Source of the DNA: an uncultured Candidatus Peribacteria bacterium
GTDB lineage: Bacteria > Patescibacteriota > Gracilibacteria > Peribacterales > Peribacteraceae
Length of the DNA stretch: 64,000 nt
NCBI GenBank assembly: GCA_964427895.1
Contig: CAYRUZ010000004.1
Span: 16,648 to 80,647, forward strand
Direction of reading: 5' to 3'
The first letter of the stretch is position 1. Each line of letters begins with the position of its first letter. This document shows positions 17,847 to 25,590 of the stretch, in pieces. A program made the translations under genes and the position numbers. Below the pieces are notes generated by a model, which saw only the letters and a list, made by a program, of their open reading frames with translations, ran no database searches and was not told the DNA's origin.

Positions 17847-18464
17847 ATGTCCCTCACCCCTCACCAGCGAACGGCGCTCAACTACATCCGCGAGTTCCAG
17901 AAGAAGAGAGGGTATTCCCCTTCTCTCGCCGACCTCGCCATCGCCTTCGGCGTACGCAGCAAAAATGCCATCGCCAAAGTCGTGAACGCCCTCGTGAACC
18001 AGGGGTATTTGGAGAAAGACCCGAAAGGCCGCATCAAGATCTTGGAGGATATCGTGCATCCGGAGCAGGAAGAGACAGGCGTTGCCTCGCTGGCCCTGCC
18101 CCTGTTCGGGCCCATTCCCGCCGGCTTCGCCGCACCGGTCGAAGAGCAGGCGGAAGAAACGATCAGCCTCGATGATTACCTTGTCCGCGACAAAGCCTCC
18201 ACCTTCCTTCTGCGTGTGAAGGGCGACAGCATGATGAACGCGGGCATCCACGACGGAGACCTGGTAATCGTGGAGCGTGGACGCGAGCCGAAAGTCTTCG
18301 ACATCGTCGTCGGCGTGCTCGACGGCCAATACACCCTTAAGCGTCTTAAGAAGGATAAGGGCAAGTTCTACCTCCAAGCGGAGAACCCGGCCTACCCGGA
18401 TCTCTACGCCCTGGAGGAGCTGCAGGTCGCAGGCGTCGTCCGCGGCGTGTTGCGCAAGTACTAA
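17847..18464 (+). CDS. lexA: LexA repressor
   Basis: N-terminal wHTH (LTPHQRTALNYIREFQKKRGYSPSLADLA). S24 peptidase Ser (GDSM) and Lys (LKRLKK). Confidence 0.9.
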   Translation: MSLTPHQRTALNYIREFQKKRGYSPSLADLAIAFGVRSKNAIAKVVNALVNQGYLEKDPKGRIKILEDIVHPEQEETGVASLALPLFGPIPAGFAAPVEEQAEETISLDDYLVRDKASTFLLRVKGDSMMNAGIHDGDLVIVERGREPKVFDIVVGVLDGQYTLKRLKKDKGKFYLQAENPAYPDLYALEELQVAGVVRGVLRKY

Positions 18465-18513
18465 ACCCCGGCTGACACCGTCGGAAAAACATCCCCACTT
18501 CCCCTCTTTTCCC

Positions 18514-18678
18514 ATGACAACACGTCTGTTGTTCAGGCAGTTGTTGCTGCTTCCACCGTTTGCCGCCGCTCCCGTAAACGTGGAGCGCACCCGCCGCCGC
18601 TTCGGCGACCGTTCGGCGCAGATCTGGTACGCCGAACCGATGCTCAAGCGCGCCGTCCGCTTTACCGTCGCGCGCTGA
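18514..18678 (+). CDS. small Arg-rich protein (54 aa) translationally coupled to dinB
   Basis: ATG 18514. The TGA stop overlaps the dinB ATG by 1 nt (TGATG). About 80% of codons end in G/C, as in native genes. No homolog recognised. Confidence 0.4.
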   Translation: MTTRLLFRQLLLLPPFAAAPVNVERTRRRFGDRSAQIWYAEPMLKRAVRFTVAR

Positions 18679-19889
18679 TGATTGCGCATGTGGACGCCGA
18701 CGCCTTCTTCGCCTCGGTGCTGCAGCGCAAGCATCCACGCCTGCGCGGGAAACCGCTGCTAGCCATGGGTATGGGGGGTGGCTGCGTCATCGCCGCCTCC
18801 TACGAGGCAAAGGCCAAGGGCGTGAAGACGGGCATGCGCCTGGGCGATGCCATCAAACTCTGTCCGGAGGCATTGAAGGTGCAATCCGACTTCCGGGAAA
18901 CAGGGCTGGCAAGCCAGCAGATCGAATCGGTCCTGGCCGACCACTGCCCGATCATGGAGCAAATGTCCGTCGATGAGTGGTACATGGATCTCGACAGCCT
19001 GGTGGGCGGCGCACCGCTCGACCCGATGGACTGGGGGCGCTTGGTGCAGAGGCGCATCAAGCAGCAAACAGGACTTTCCGTGTCAGTCGGGATAGGCCCG
19101 AGCAAGCTTTTGGCGAAGATGGCCGGCGAGTACCGCAAGCCGGCGGGCGTGACCGCCGTGGGAGTAGCGGGGCCCGGGGCCCTGACGATCGAAGGCATGC
19201 TACGTGATCGCCCCGCTGCGGCCATCCCCGGCATCGGACCGCGCAGGATGACTCATGCAACGGCCAGAGGCTGGGAAACCGCCTGGGATATCGCAACGGC
19301 CCCGAAGGAACTCTTTTCCGCGCTCTTCGGCAAGGCGGGCCGGGAGATGCAGCGTGAACTCCTTGGCGAAGCACTGTCCCCCGTGCACCAGGACGACAGC
19401 CCCCAACAGTCGATCTCCCGGGCGCGAAGCTTCAGCAAGACGCGCGACCGCGCGGCCTTGTGGGCGCACGTCGTCGAACACCTGCAGTACACCATCCTCA
19501 AGATGCGCAGGCAGGACAGCGCGTGCCAAGGCATCTCCGTCTGGCTGCGCGACGGCGAGTACAACTACGAGAGCATGCATGCGTCGCTCCCCCAACCCGC
19601 CGATACCGAAGCGACCGTGGCACCCTACGTCCAGCGGTGCTTCCGCGGGCTCTACCAGGAGGGAATCGCCTACACGCAGGCTGGCCTGGCACTGTGGCGC
19701 TTGAGCCCCCGCGGGGGAACGCAGTTCTCGCTCTTTACGCCGCCGGAAGCAATCATCAAAGAGGAGGATCTGCAGGAAACGCTCGACGAGGTGCGCGCCC
19801 GGTTCGGACGCCGCGCCATTGCCCGCGGCTCCGCGCTGGCCGCTCCGCAGCATGCACGCCCCACCTTCGGCATCCCCGTCGTGGAGTAA
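18678..19889 (+). CDS. dinB: DNA polymerase IV (Y-family)
   Basis: MIAHVDADAFFASV, SYEAKAKGVKTGM, SVDEWYMDL motifs. Confidence 0.9.
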   Translation: MIAHVDADAFFASVLQRKHPRLRGKPLLAMGMGGGCVIAASYEAKAKGVKTGMRLGDAIKLCPEALKVQSDFRETGLASQQIESVLADHCPIMEQMSVDEWYMDLDSLVGGAPLDPMDWGRLVQRRIKQQTGLSVSVGIGPSKLLAKMAGEYRKPAGVTAVGVAGPGALTIEGMLRDRPAAAIPGIGPRRMTHATARGWETAWDIATAPKELFSALFGKAGREMQRELLGEALSPVHQDDSPQQSISRARSFSKTRDRAALWAHVVEHLQYTILKMRRQDSACQGISVWLRDGEYNYESMHASLPQPADTEATVAPYVQRCFRGLYQEGIAYTQAGLALWRLSPRGGTQFSLFTPPEAIIKEEDLQETLDEVRARFGRRAIARGSALAAPQHARPTFGIPVVE

Positions 19890-19964
19890 TGCTTTTTGCC
19901 TTAAAAAATTAATGTAAACTAAAATTTACCATTTTCCTGAAAGCGAACCGTCTACAATTGGACC

Positions 19965-20306
19965 ATGACCGAACCCCTGCACCAGAAACACTGCGTGCCC
20001 TGTGAGGGCGGGACGAACCCCCTCAAGACCGTCCAGATCGCTGCCTACGCCCCGGCCGTGCCGGAATGGCGCGTGCGCGAGGACGAGAAGCAAATCAGCC
20101 GCACGTGGAAGCTGAAAGATTTCGCAGCGTCACTGGCCTTCATCAATGCCGTGGGCGCGATCGCGGAAGCGGAGGGACACCACCCGGATATCCATCTGAC
20201 AGGCTACCGCACGGTAACGCTCGAACTCTCGACGCATGCCATCGGCGGGCTGTCGGAAAACGACTTCATCCTCGCGACGAAGATCGACCAGCTGCCACTG
20301 GCCTGA
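19965..20306 (+). CDS. pterin-4-alpha-carbinolamine dehydratase (PCD/DCoH)
   Basis: EAEGHHPDI signature, 113 aa. TACAAT(19953-19958)-N6-ATG. Confidence 0.85.
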   Translation: MTEPLHQKHCVPCEGGTNPLKTVQIAAYAPAVPEWRVREDEKQISRTWKLKDFAASLAFINAVGAIAEAEGHHPDIHLTGYRTVTLELSTHAIGGLSENDFILATKIDQLPLA

Positions 20307-23012
20307 TCACCCGAGCATCTTCAAGCGCGCCTCGATCTTGGCGAGCTTATCCTGGCTTTCCCTAAGCTTATCGCGCTGCTGCTCGATGAGTTCGGCGGGA
20401 GCGCGACTGACGAATTGCTCGTTGCCGAGCTTGGCCTCCAAGCCCGCGATGAACGACTCCAGGCTGGCTTTGTCCTTCGTCAGGCTGGCCTTGGCTTTCA
20501 CGGGATCGAATAGACCCTCGAGCGACACGTGCACCTCAATACCGGGGAGGAATGCGCTCGCGACGTTCTCCAGCTTCACCGGATCGGCAACGAAGGTGAG
20601 GCTCTCCACCTTGGCCAGGCGGCGGATGTGCTCCTGTTGGCTCTCGAGAAGTATCGCCAGATCGCGGACCACGATGGTGGCCGTGAGCATCTTGCCGGCT
20701 TCCACCTCGCACTCGGAGCGGATCTGGCGCAGCGCGGTGATGACGTCGATGACGACCTTGAGTTGGGCGGCTGCTTCGGGGTCCTTGCGCTCATCATGGA
20801 GCGATGGCCACGGCTCTTTCATGAGCAAACCGGCATCGGCGGGCTTCACCTGTGACCACAGTTCTTCGGTGACGAACGGACAGTACGGATGCAGCAGCTG
20901 GAGCACGCGGCGCAGCGTGTGCACGAGCACGGCGTGGTTGGCATTGCCCTTGGAGAGCTCGAGGTACCAATCGCAGAAGAAGTCCCAAACGAAGCTGTAG
21001 ATGCGCTCTCCCGTCTCGCTGAGGCGGTAGTTCGTAAGGCCGTCGGTCACGTCCGCGATGAGCAATTCCAGCTCGTGGAGCAGTGCGCGGTCCGCAAGAG
21101 ACAAATCCTTCGCATCGGGCAGAGAGGTGATGGAGGAAGGATCGACCTTGGCTTCCTCACACTGCAACAGTACGAAGCGGCTGGCGTTCCAGAGCTTGTT
21201 GATGAAGTTGCGGTAGCCCGCGATCTTCTCCTCGTACAGCTTGCTGTCCGCGCCGGGGCTCTGGCCGACGATCATCGAGAGGCGCAGCGCGTCGGCGCCG
21301 TACTTCGGGATGATGTCCAAGGGATCGATCATCGTCTCCGGATGGCTCTTACTCATCTTCTTGCCATCGCGCGTGCGGATGAGGCCGTGCAAGTACACCG
21401 TCTCGAACGGCACTTGGCCGTACTCCAGCTCCGGGATGCCCGACGTGGCGTACGTCGTCATGAGGATCATTCGGGCGACCCAGAAGAACAGGATGTCGTA
21501 CCCCGTCTCGAGGACCGTCGTCGGATGGAACCGCATGAAGTCCGGACTCTTGAGGAGGAGGTCCTTCAACGAAAGGTCGTACTCCTCCGTCAACGCGGGA
21601 TCGATAAGGGTGCTCCATGTCCACAGGCCCGCGGAGAACCACGTGTCGAGCGTGTCTGAGTCCTGCTCCCAGCCATCGCCCTCAGGGGGGCGCACGCCGA
21701 CGTGCATCTCCCTGCTGCCGCGGTCGTCGCGGTACCACACGGGAATGCGGTGGCCCCACCGGATCTGGCGGGACACGCACCAATCGCGGAGGTTGTCGAT
21801 CCAGTGGAAATACGTCTTCTCAAAGCGCTCAGGGATGATGCGGATCTGCTTGGTGGACACCACCTCCTGCATGATCTGCTTCAGGCTCATTTCCTTGCGC
21901 TTCCAGGCGACGACGGGCTTGTCGACGTCGATGAACCACTGCTCCTTGATCTGCGGTTCGATGAGTCCCCCGCCGCGGTAACTGGTAGCGACGTTATGGA
22001 CATAGTTCTCCTCCGTCTTCACGAGGAGTCCTTTCTCCTTCAGTTTCTCGACGATCTTCGGACGCGCATCCTCGATGCGCATGCCGGCGAATTCCCCGGC
22101 GATCGGGAGGAGCTTGCCATCGAAACCGATCACCTGCTCCTTGTCCAGGCCGTGGCGCTCGGCGATCTCGAAGTCGATGGGGGTGTGCCACGGCGTGATG
22201 GTCATCACGCCCGTGCCGAACTCCGGGTCGATCGCCTTGTCCTTGATGACGGTCGCGCGCACCGGGCCGTTGATCCACTCGGCCTCGAAGGTATCGCCAT
22301 GCTTGTATTGGGCGTAGCGCGCGTCGTCCGGATGCATCACAACGTACTTGTCGCCGAACTTCGTCTCGGGACGCACCGTGCCGATCTGGAACGGACCGTA
22401 CTGGAACGTGTAGAACGGCACGCTTTCTTCTTTGTACTCGATCTCGTCGTCGGACACCGTCGTCTGCATCTTCGGGTCCCAGTTCACGATGCGGTGACCG
22501 CGGTAGATGAGGCCGTCCTTGTACATCTTCACGAAGACCTCGTTCACGCAGCGGTTGAGGATCGGGTCCATCGTGTAGCGCTCGCGCGACCAGTCGCACG
22601 ACGCACCCATCTTGCGCACCTGGCTGCGGATGGTGCTCTGGCTGTTTCCGACGAACTCGGCAATGCGGCGCAGCACCTCCTCGCGGCCGAGCTTCGCGCG
22701 CGGGTCCGGGATCTTCTCCTCTTTCTGAATCTTCTTGATGACCACGGACTCGGTGGCGATGGCGGCGTGGTCGGTACCCGGCACCCACAGCGCTTCCTTG
22801 CCCTGCATGCGCGCAAAGCGGATGAAGATGTCCTCGAGGGCGAGCATCACCGCGTGCCCCAAGTGCAGCGTGCCTGTCGCATTGGGCGGCGGCAGGCTGA
22901 TGGAGAAGGCATCCTTGTCGCTCGTGCGGTCGGCCGTGAAGGCGCCGCTCTGCTCCCACATCTGATAGATGCGGTCTTCTGTTCCCTGTGGGTTGTATGC
23001 CTTGTCCAGCAC
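20307..23012 (-). CDS. valS: valine--tRNA ligase
   Basis: HIGH (PPPNATGTLHLGHA), KMSKS (GKKMSKSH), C-terminal coiled coil. Start set at GTG 23012 (VLDKAYNPQGTEDRIYQMWE), 7 nt after TATACT. ATG 23075 and 23093 lie in AT-rich promoter DNA. Confidence 0.93.
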   Translation of the reverse strand: MLDKAYNPQGTEDRIYQMWEQSGAFTADRTSDKDAFSISLPPPNATGTLHLGHAVMLALEDIFIRFARMQGKEALWVPGTDHAAIATESVVIKKIQKEEKIPDPRAKLGREEVLRRIAEFVGNSQSTIRSQVRKMGASCDWSRERYTMDPILNRCVNEVFVKMYKDGLIYRGHRIVNWDPKMQTTVSDDEIEYKEESVPFYTFQYGPFQIGTVRPETKFGDKYVVMHPDDARYAQYKHGDTFEAEWINGPVRATVIKDKAIDPEFGTGVMTITPWHTPIDFEIAERHGLDKEQVIGFDGKLLPIAGEFAGMRIEDARPKIVEKLKEKGLLVKTEENYVHNVATSYRGGGLIEPQIKEQWFIDVDKPVVAWKRKEMSLKQIMQEVVSTKQIRIIPERFEKTYFHWIDNLRDWCVSRQIRWGHRIPVWYRDDRGSREMHVGVRPPEGDGWEQDSDTLDTWFSAGLWTWSTLIDPALTEEYDLSLKDLLLKSPDFMRFHPTTVLETGYDILFFWVARMILMTTYATSGIPELEYGQVPFETVYLHGLIRTRDGKKMSKSHPETMIDPLDIIPKYGADALRLSMIVGQSPGADSKLYEEKIAGYRNFINKLWNASRFVLLQCEEAKVDPSSITSLPDAKDLSLADRALLHELELLIADVTDGLTNYRLSETGERIYSFVWDFFCDWYLELSKGNANHAVLVHTLRRVLQLLHPYCPFVTEELWSQVKPADAGLLMKEPWPSLHDERKDPEAAAQLKVVIDVITALRQIRSECEVEAGKMLTATIVVRDLAILLESQQEHIRRLAKVESLTFVADPVKLENVASAFLPGIEVHVSLEGLFDPVKAKASLTKDKASLESFIAGLEAKLGNEQFVSRAPAELIEQQRDKLRESQDKLAKIEARLKMLG

Positions 23013-23127
23013 GGCCGAGAGTATAGGCGAAAACTCTACGAAGGTGATGGATTGACATTTATATATTATTTGCATGTAATACTCATAAGTCATCACCCAC
23101 TCTTTTACTCCACCGGAGGTAAGGACC

Positions 23128-23595
23128 ATGCAAGCACAAGACCCTGTATTAAGCGATGTGCAGAAGGAAGCAATACGAGAGTTGTTCCTTCGAAACAGAA
23201 AACGAATACTTTCGCAGCAAATAGACTTAGTAGAACTAGTCGAATTTGCTGCTGAAAACGCACACGACGACGCGAAATTTTTCGCCGCCGTATGCACATT
23301 CGTTGGTCACATCGGCAAAACGACCATCAGTGGTAAGCAATGGAAACGCGCCACTGGTCCAGCGATGGACACGCTTCGGACCAAAAAGAGGTATAAGCAA
23401 GTAGTGACAGAAGTGTTAGAAACGGTGGCGGAACAACTTATTCCTCTTAGAGGGGACGGATCGTCAGCCATCTACAGAATAGGTCACGAACTCGAAGAAA
23501 TACTGGGGCCACAGTACGAAGGATTGCATTATCATCTTACCCCCGCAATTCTCGAGATCATGGTCGAAGTCATGATGACAGACCACCCGAAGTAG
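23128..23595 (+). CDS. orphan protein (155 aa), compositionally foreign
   Basis: Low GC (25/60 G+C in each of two hand-counted lines). Uses ata, tta, aga and cta codons that look uncommon in the neighbouring genes. Canonical GGAGGT SD (23115-23120) 7 nt before the ATG. TTGACA(23052-23057)-N17-TGTAAT promoter. Confidence 0.6.
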   Translation: MQAQDPVLSDVQKEAIRELFLRNRKRILSQQIDLVELVEFAAENAHDDAKFFAAVCTFVGHIGKTTISGKQWKRATGPAMDTLRTKKRYKQVVTEVLETVAEQLIPLRGDGSSAIYRIGHELEEILGPQYEGLHYHLTPAILEIMVEVMMTDHPK

Positions 23596-23625
23596 CTGAA
23601 GGACGTCTTCAGCCACGAACAAATC

Positions 23626-23649
23626 AGCCCGGATCATCCGGGCTTTTTG
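23626..23649. terminator. hairpin terminator between convergent genes
   Basis: AGCCCGGAT/ATCCGGGCT inverted repeat followed by TTTTT on the plus strand. Sits between the stops at 23595 and 23656. Confidence 0.7.
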
Positions 23650-23655
23650 ATTGTT

Positions 23656-24894
23656 TCAGCGACCGAAGAGACCGTCTCCAAGCACTTCCTGGGCTTCTTC
23701 CAACTCACGGCGCTTCACGGCGGCCTTCGGCGAGACGAGGCGGACGATCTCCTCCTGCTGCACGGCCGCGTCCACGACGAGACGCTTGAGGTCGGAAGCG
23801 GCGATGCTCGCCTTGGCATTCATCGGCGTCTTCTTCTGCGCGATGTCCTCGAGCAAGCCGGCATCGAGCTTCTTGGCCTTGGAGAGCACCTCGGCACCGG
23901 CGCTGGCGAGCACCAAATCGGCCGCGTTGCGCAGGTTGATATGGAAGTCGAACTCGGCGATGAGCTGCACGATGTTCTCGCGCTGCTGCGGATCCATCTG
24001 CTCGGCAAACTCGTAGGTGGTGATGCGCTTGAGGCTGGCGAGGATGGGGGCGAGCGCCTCCGGGGACACGACGTAAAGCGTGTACCCGTCGTGCACGAAA
24101 TGATGCGTCTTGAGTTCGGCGATGGCCTCCGTCGGCACGACGAGGAAGATCATCGAGGCGATCTTGTCGTTCTTTTTCACCTTGGTGACCGTCTCCTTCA
24201 CGGTGTTGGCGATGTAGGTCTTCAGACTCTCGCTCTTGGATTTCTTCGCGTCGAAGATGATGTATTGATCCAGGAACTCGATCATGAAGTCCGGCTTGAG
24301 CTTGCCGTCGAAGCCTTCCGGCAGCTGCGTGTTCGTGTAGCAGGTGAAGGCGAACTGCGGCTGCTTGCAGAGATCCGTGAGCGTGGCGATGACGGTCTTC
24401 TCGTGCTCCGCCCAGATGCGATCGCGCTCCTCTTCCATCAGGCGCTGCTGCTCCTCGTCTTCGCGGATAACGCGGGCGCGCTCCTGATCGAGGCTGATCT
24501 TCGCCGCCTCGAGCTTGGCGAGACGCTCATCGGCCTGTTTTTGATAACGCTCTGATGCCTCCTCATACTTGGAAACTTCTTTCTGCAGCCTGTCGCGCTC
24601 CTTCATCACTTGGTCGAGCTGGGATTCGAGCTTCGTGTGCTGCGCGAAAAGCTGCTTGCTCTTCCCCTGCTGCTCCAGTTTCTCTTCCCGCTCCGCATCG
24701 ACGGCCTTCTTGAGGATGCCGATCTCCTCGTTTTTCCCGTCGAGCTTCGCTTTAAGATCGGCCACCTCCTCCCGCGCACGGGCGAGTTGTTCGCCTTCCA
24801 GGGCGGTACGAGGAGCACCGAGCTGCTGCATCTTCCAGACGATGAATCCGAGAAGGGCAACGATGCCCACGCCAAGCAGGTACAGAGGAGTCAT
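23656..24894 (-). CDS. rmuC: DNA recombination protein RmuC
   Basis: N-terminal TM helix, long coiled coil, PD-(D/E)xK-like core PDFMIEFLDQYIIFDAKKSK. Only the last 412 codons of the 1308-aa track ORF are used. TACACT-N6-ATG 24894. Confidence 0.85.
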   Translation of the reverse strand: MTPLYLLGVGIVALLGFIVWKMQQLGAPRTALEGEQLARAREEVADLKAKLDGKNEEIGILKKAVDAEREEKLEQQGKSKQLFAQHTKLESQLDQVMKERDRLQKEVSKYEEASERYQKQADERLAKLEAAKISLDQERARVIREDEEQQRLMEEERDRIWAEHEKTVIATLTDLCKQPQFAFTCYTNTQLPEGFDGKLKPDFMIEFLDQYIIFDAKKSKSESLKTYIANTVKETVTKVKKNDKIASMIFLVVPTEAIAELKTHHFVHDGYTLYVVSPEALAPILASLKRITTYEFAEQMDPQQRENIVQLIAEFDFHINLRNAADLVLASAGAEVLSKAKKLDAGLLEDIAQKKTPMNAKASIAASDLKRLVVDAAVQQEEIVRLVSPKAAVKRRELEEAQEVLGDGLFGR

Positions 24895-24911
24895 GCCGGC
24901 AGTGTAGCATG

Positions 24912-24929
24912 TGGTGTACGGGTGTCCAC
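24912..24929. promoter_or_regulatory. palindrome GGTGTA-N6-TCCACC in the rmuC promoter (possible LexA site)
   Basis: Same arms and spacing as GGTGGA-N6-TCCACC at lexA. Overlaps the spacer and -35 of the rmuC promoter. Confidence 0.3.
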
Positions 24930-25086
24930 CACACTTGCAAATTATGGCTCTATTGAGCCTTTCACCCAGGCCCAGCCTTGCTTTTCTGCGGTCCATCCAT
25001 AGAATGAACGGGTTGTCCTGGCTCCCGGAGGCGCAATTGTCCCGGTGGCTAGGCGAGAATCTTTTTTCGTCTCCCCCAACAGCCCC

Positions 25087-25356
25087 ATGGCCATCAAGCG
25101 CACATCGAAGAAGAAGCTGATCGAGAAGAGCCGCACGCACGGCAAAGACACCGGTTCTCCCCAGGTGCAGATCGCCATTCTCACGAAGGAGATCGAACTC
25201 CTCACGCAGCACCTCCAGGAGCACAAGAAGGACCACTCGGCCCGCAAGGGTCTGCTCGGCAAGGTCGCCCAGCGCCGCAAGCTGCTCACCTACCTGCGCA
25301 TGAACAAGCCGGAGGAGTACCAGGCCACCATCGAACGCCACGGACTGAAGAAGTAA
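25087..25356 (+). CDS. rpsO: 30S ribosomal protein S15
   Basis: MAIKRTSKKKLIEKSRTHGKDTGSPQVQIAILT...HKKDHSARKGLL. Sits upstream of pnp as in most bacteria. Confidence 0.95.
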   Translation: MAIKRTSKKKLIEKSRTHGKDTGSPQVQIAILTKEIELLTQHLQEHKKDHSARKGLLGKVAQRRKLLTYLRMNKPEEYQATIERHGLKK

Positions 25357-25370
25357 GCATCGAATCGCCA

Positions 25371-25396
25371 AAGCCGGGCCTCGCCCGGCTTTTTTG
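25371..25396 (+). terminator. intrinsic terminator/attenuator between rpsO and pnp
   Basis: AAGCCGGGC-CTC-GCCCGGCTT hairpin followed by TTTTT. Confidence 0.75.
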
Positions 25397-25590
25397 TGTC
25401 TGAATTGCGCTTTACGGCTCCCCGACCGCATCCCTATACTAAGGATGATCCTTTCCATCGCCGCCCGCTTCCCCCGCTTCCTCTGGATGTACGTGCAATT
25501 GCAGACGCGTCTGCGCTTACCTGTGCATCCGTAAAGACCCGTGCGGAGAGGGACAGGCGTGGAAGGACCATACTCCTTCCCCCTTATTCT

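Noticed and set aside
23013-23297. N-terminal extension of valS to ATG 23093/23075 or to track start 23297
   Set aside because: The extension lies in AT-rich DNA that forms the divergent TTGACA-N17-TGTAAT promoter. ValRS homology begins at LDKAYNP. GTG 23012 has the TATACT-N7 arrangement seen at other genes.
25501-25514. Perfect 14-bp palindrome GCAGACGCGTCTGC in the pnp leader as an operator
   Set aside because: A single occurrence inside the expected structured pnp 5' leader (an RNase III-type autoregulatory hairpin in other bacteria). Nothing sets it apart.
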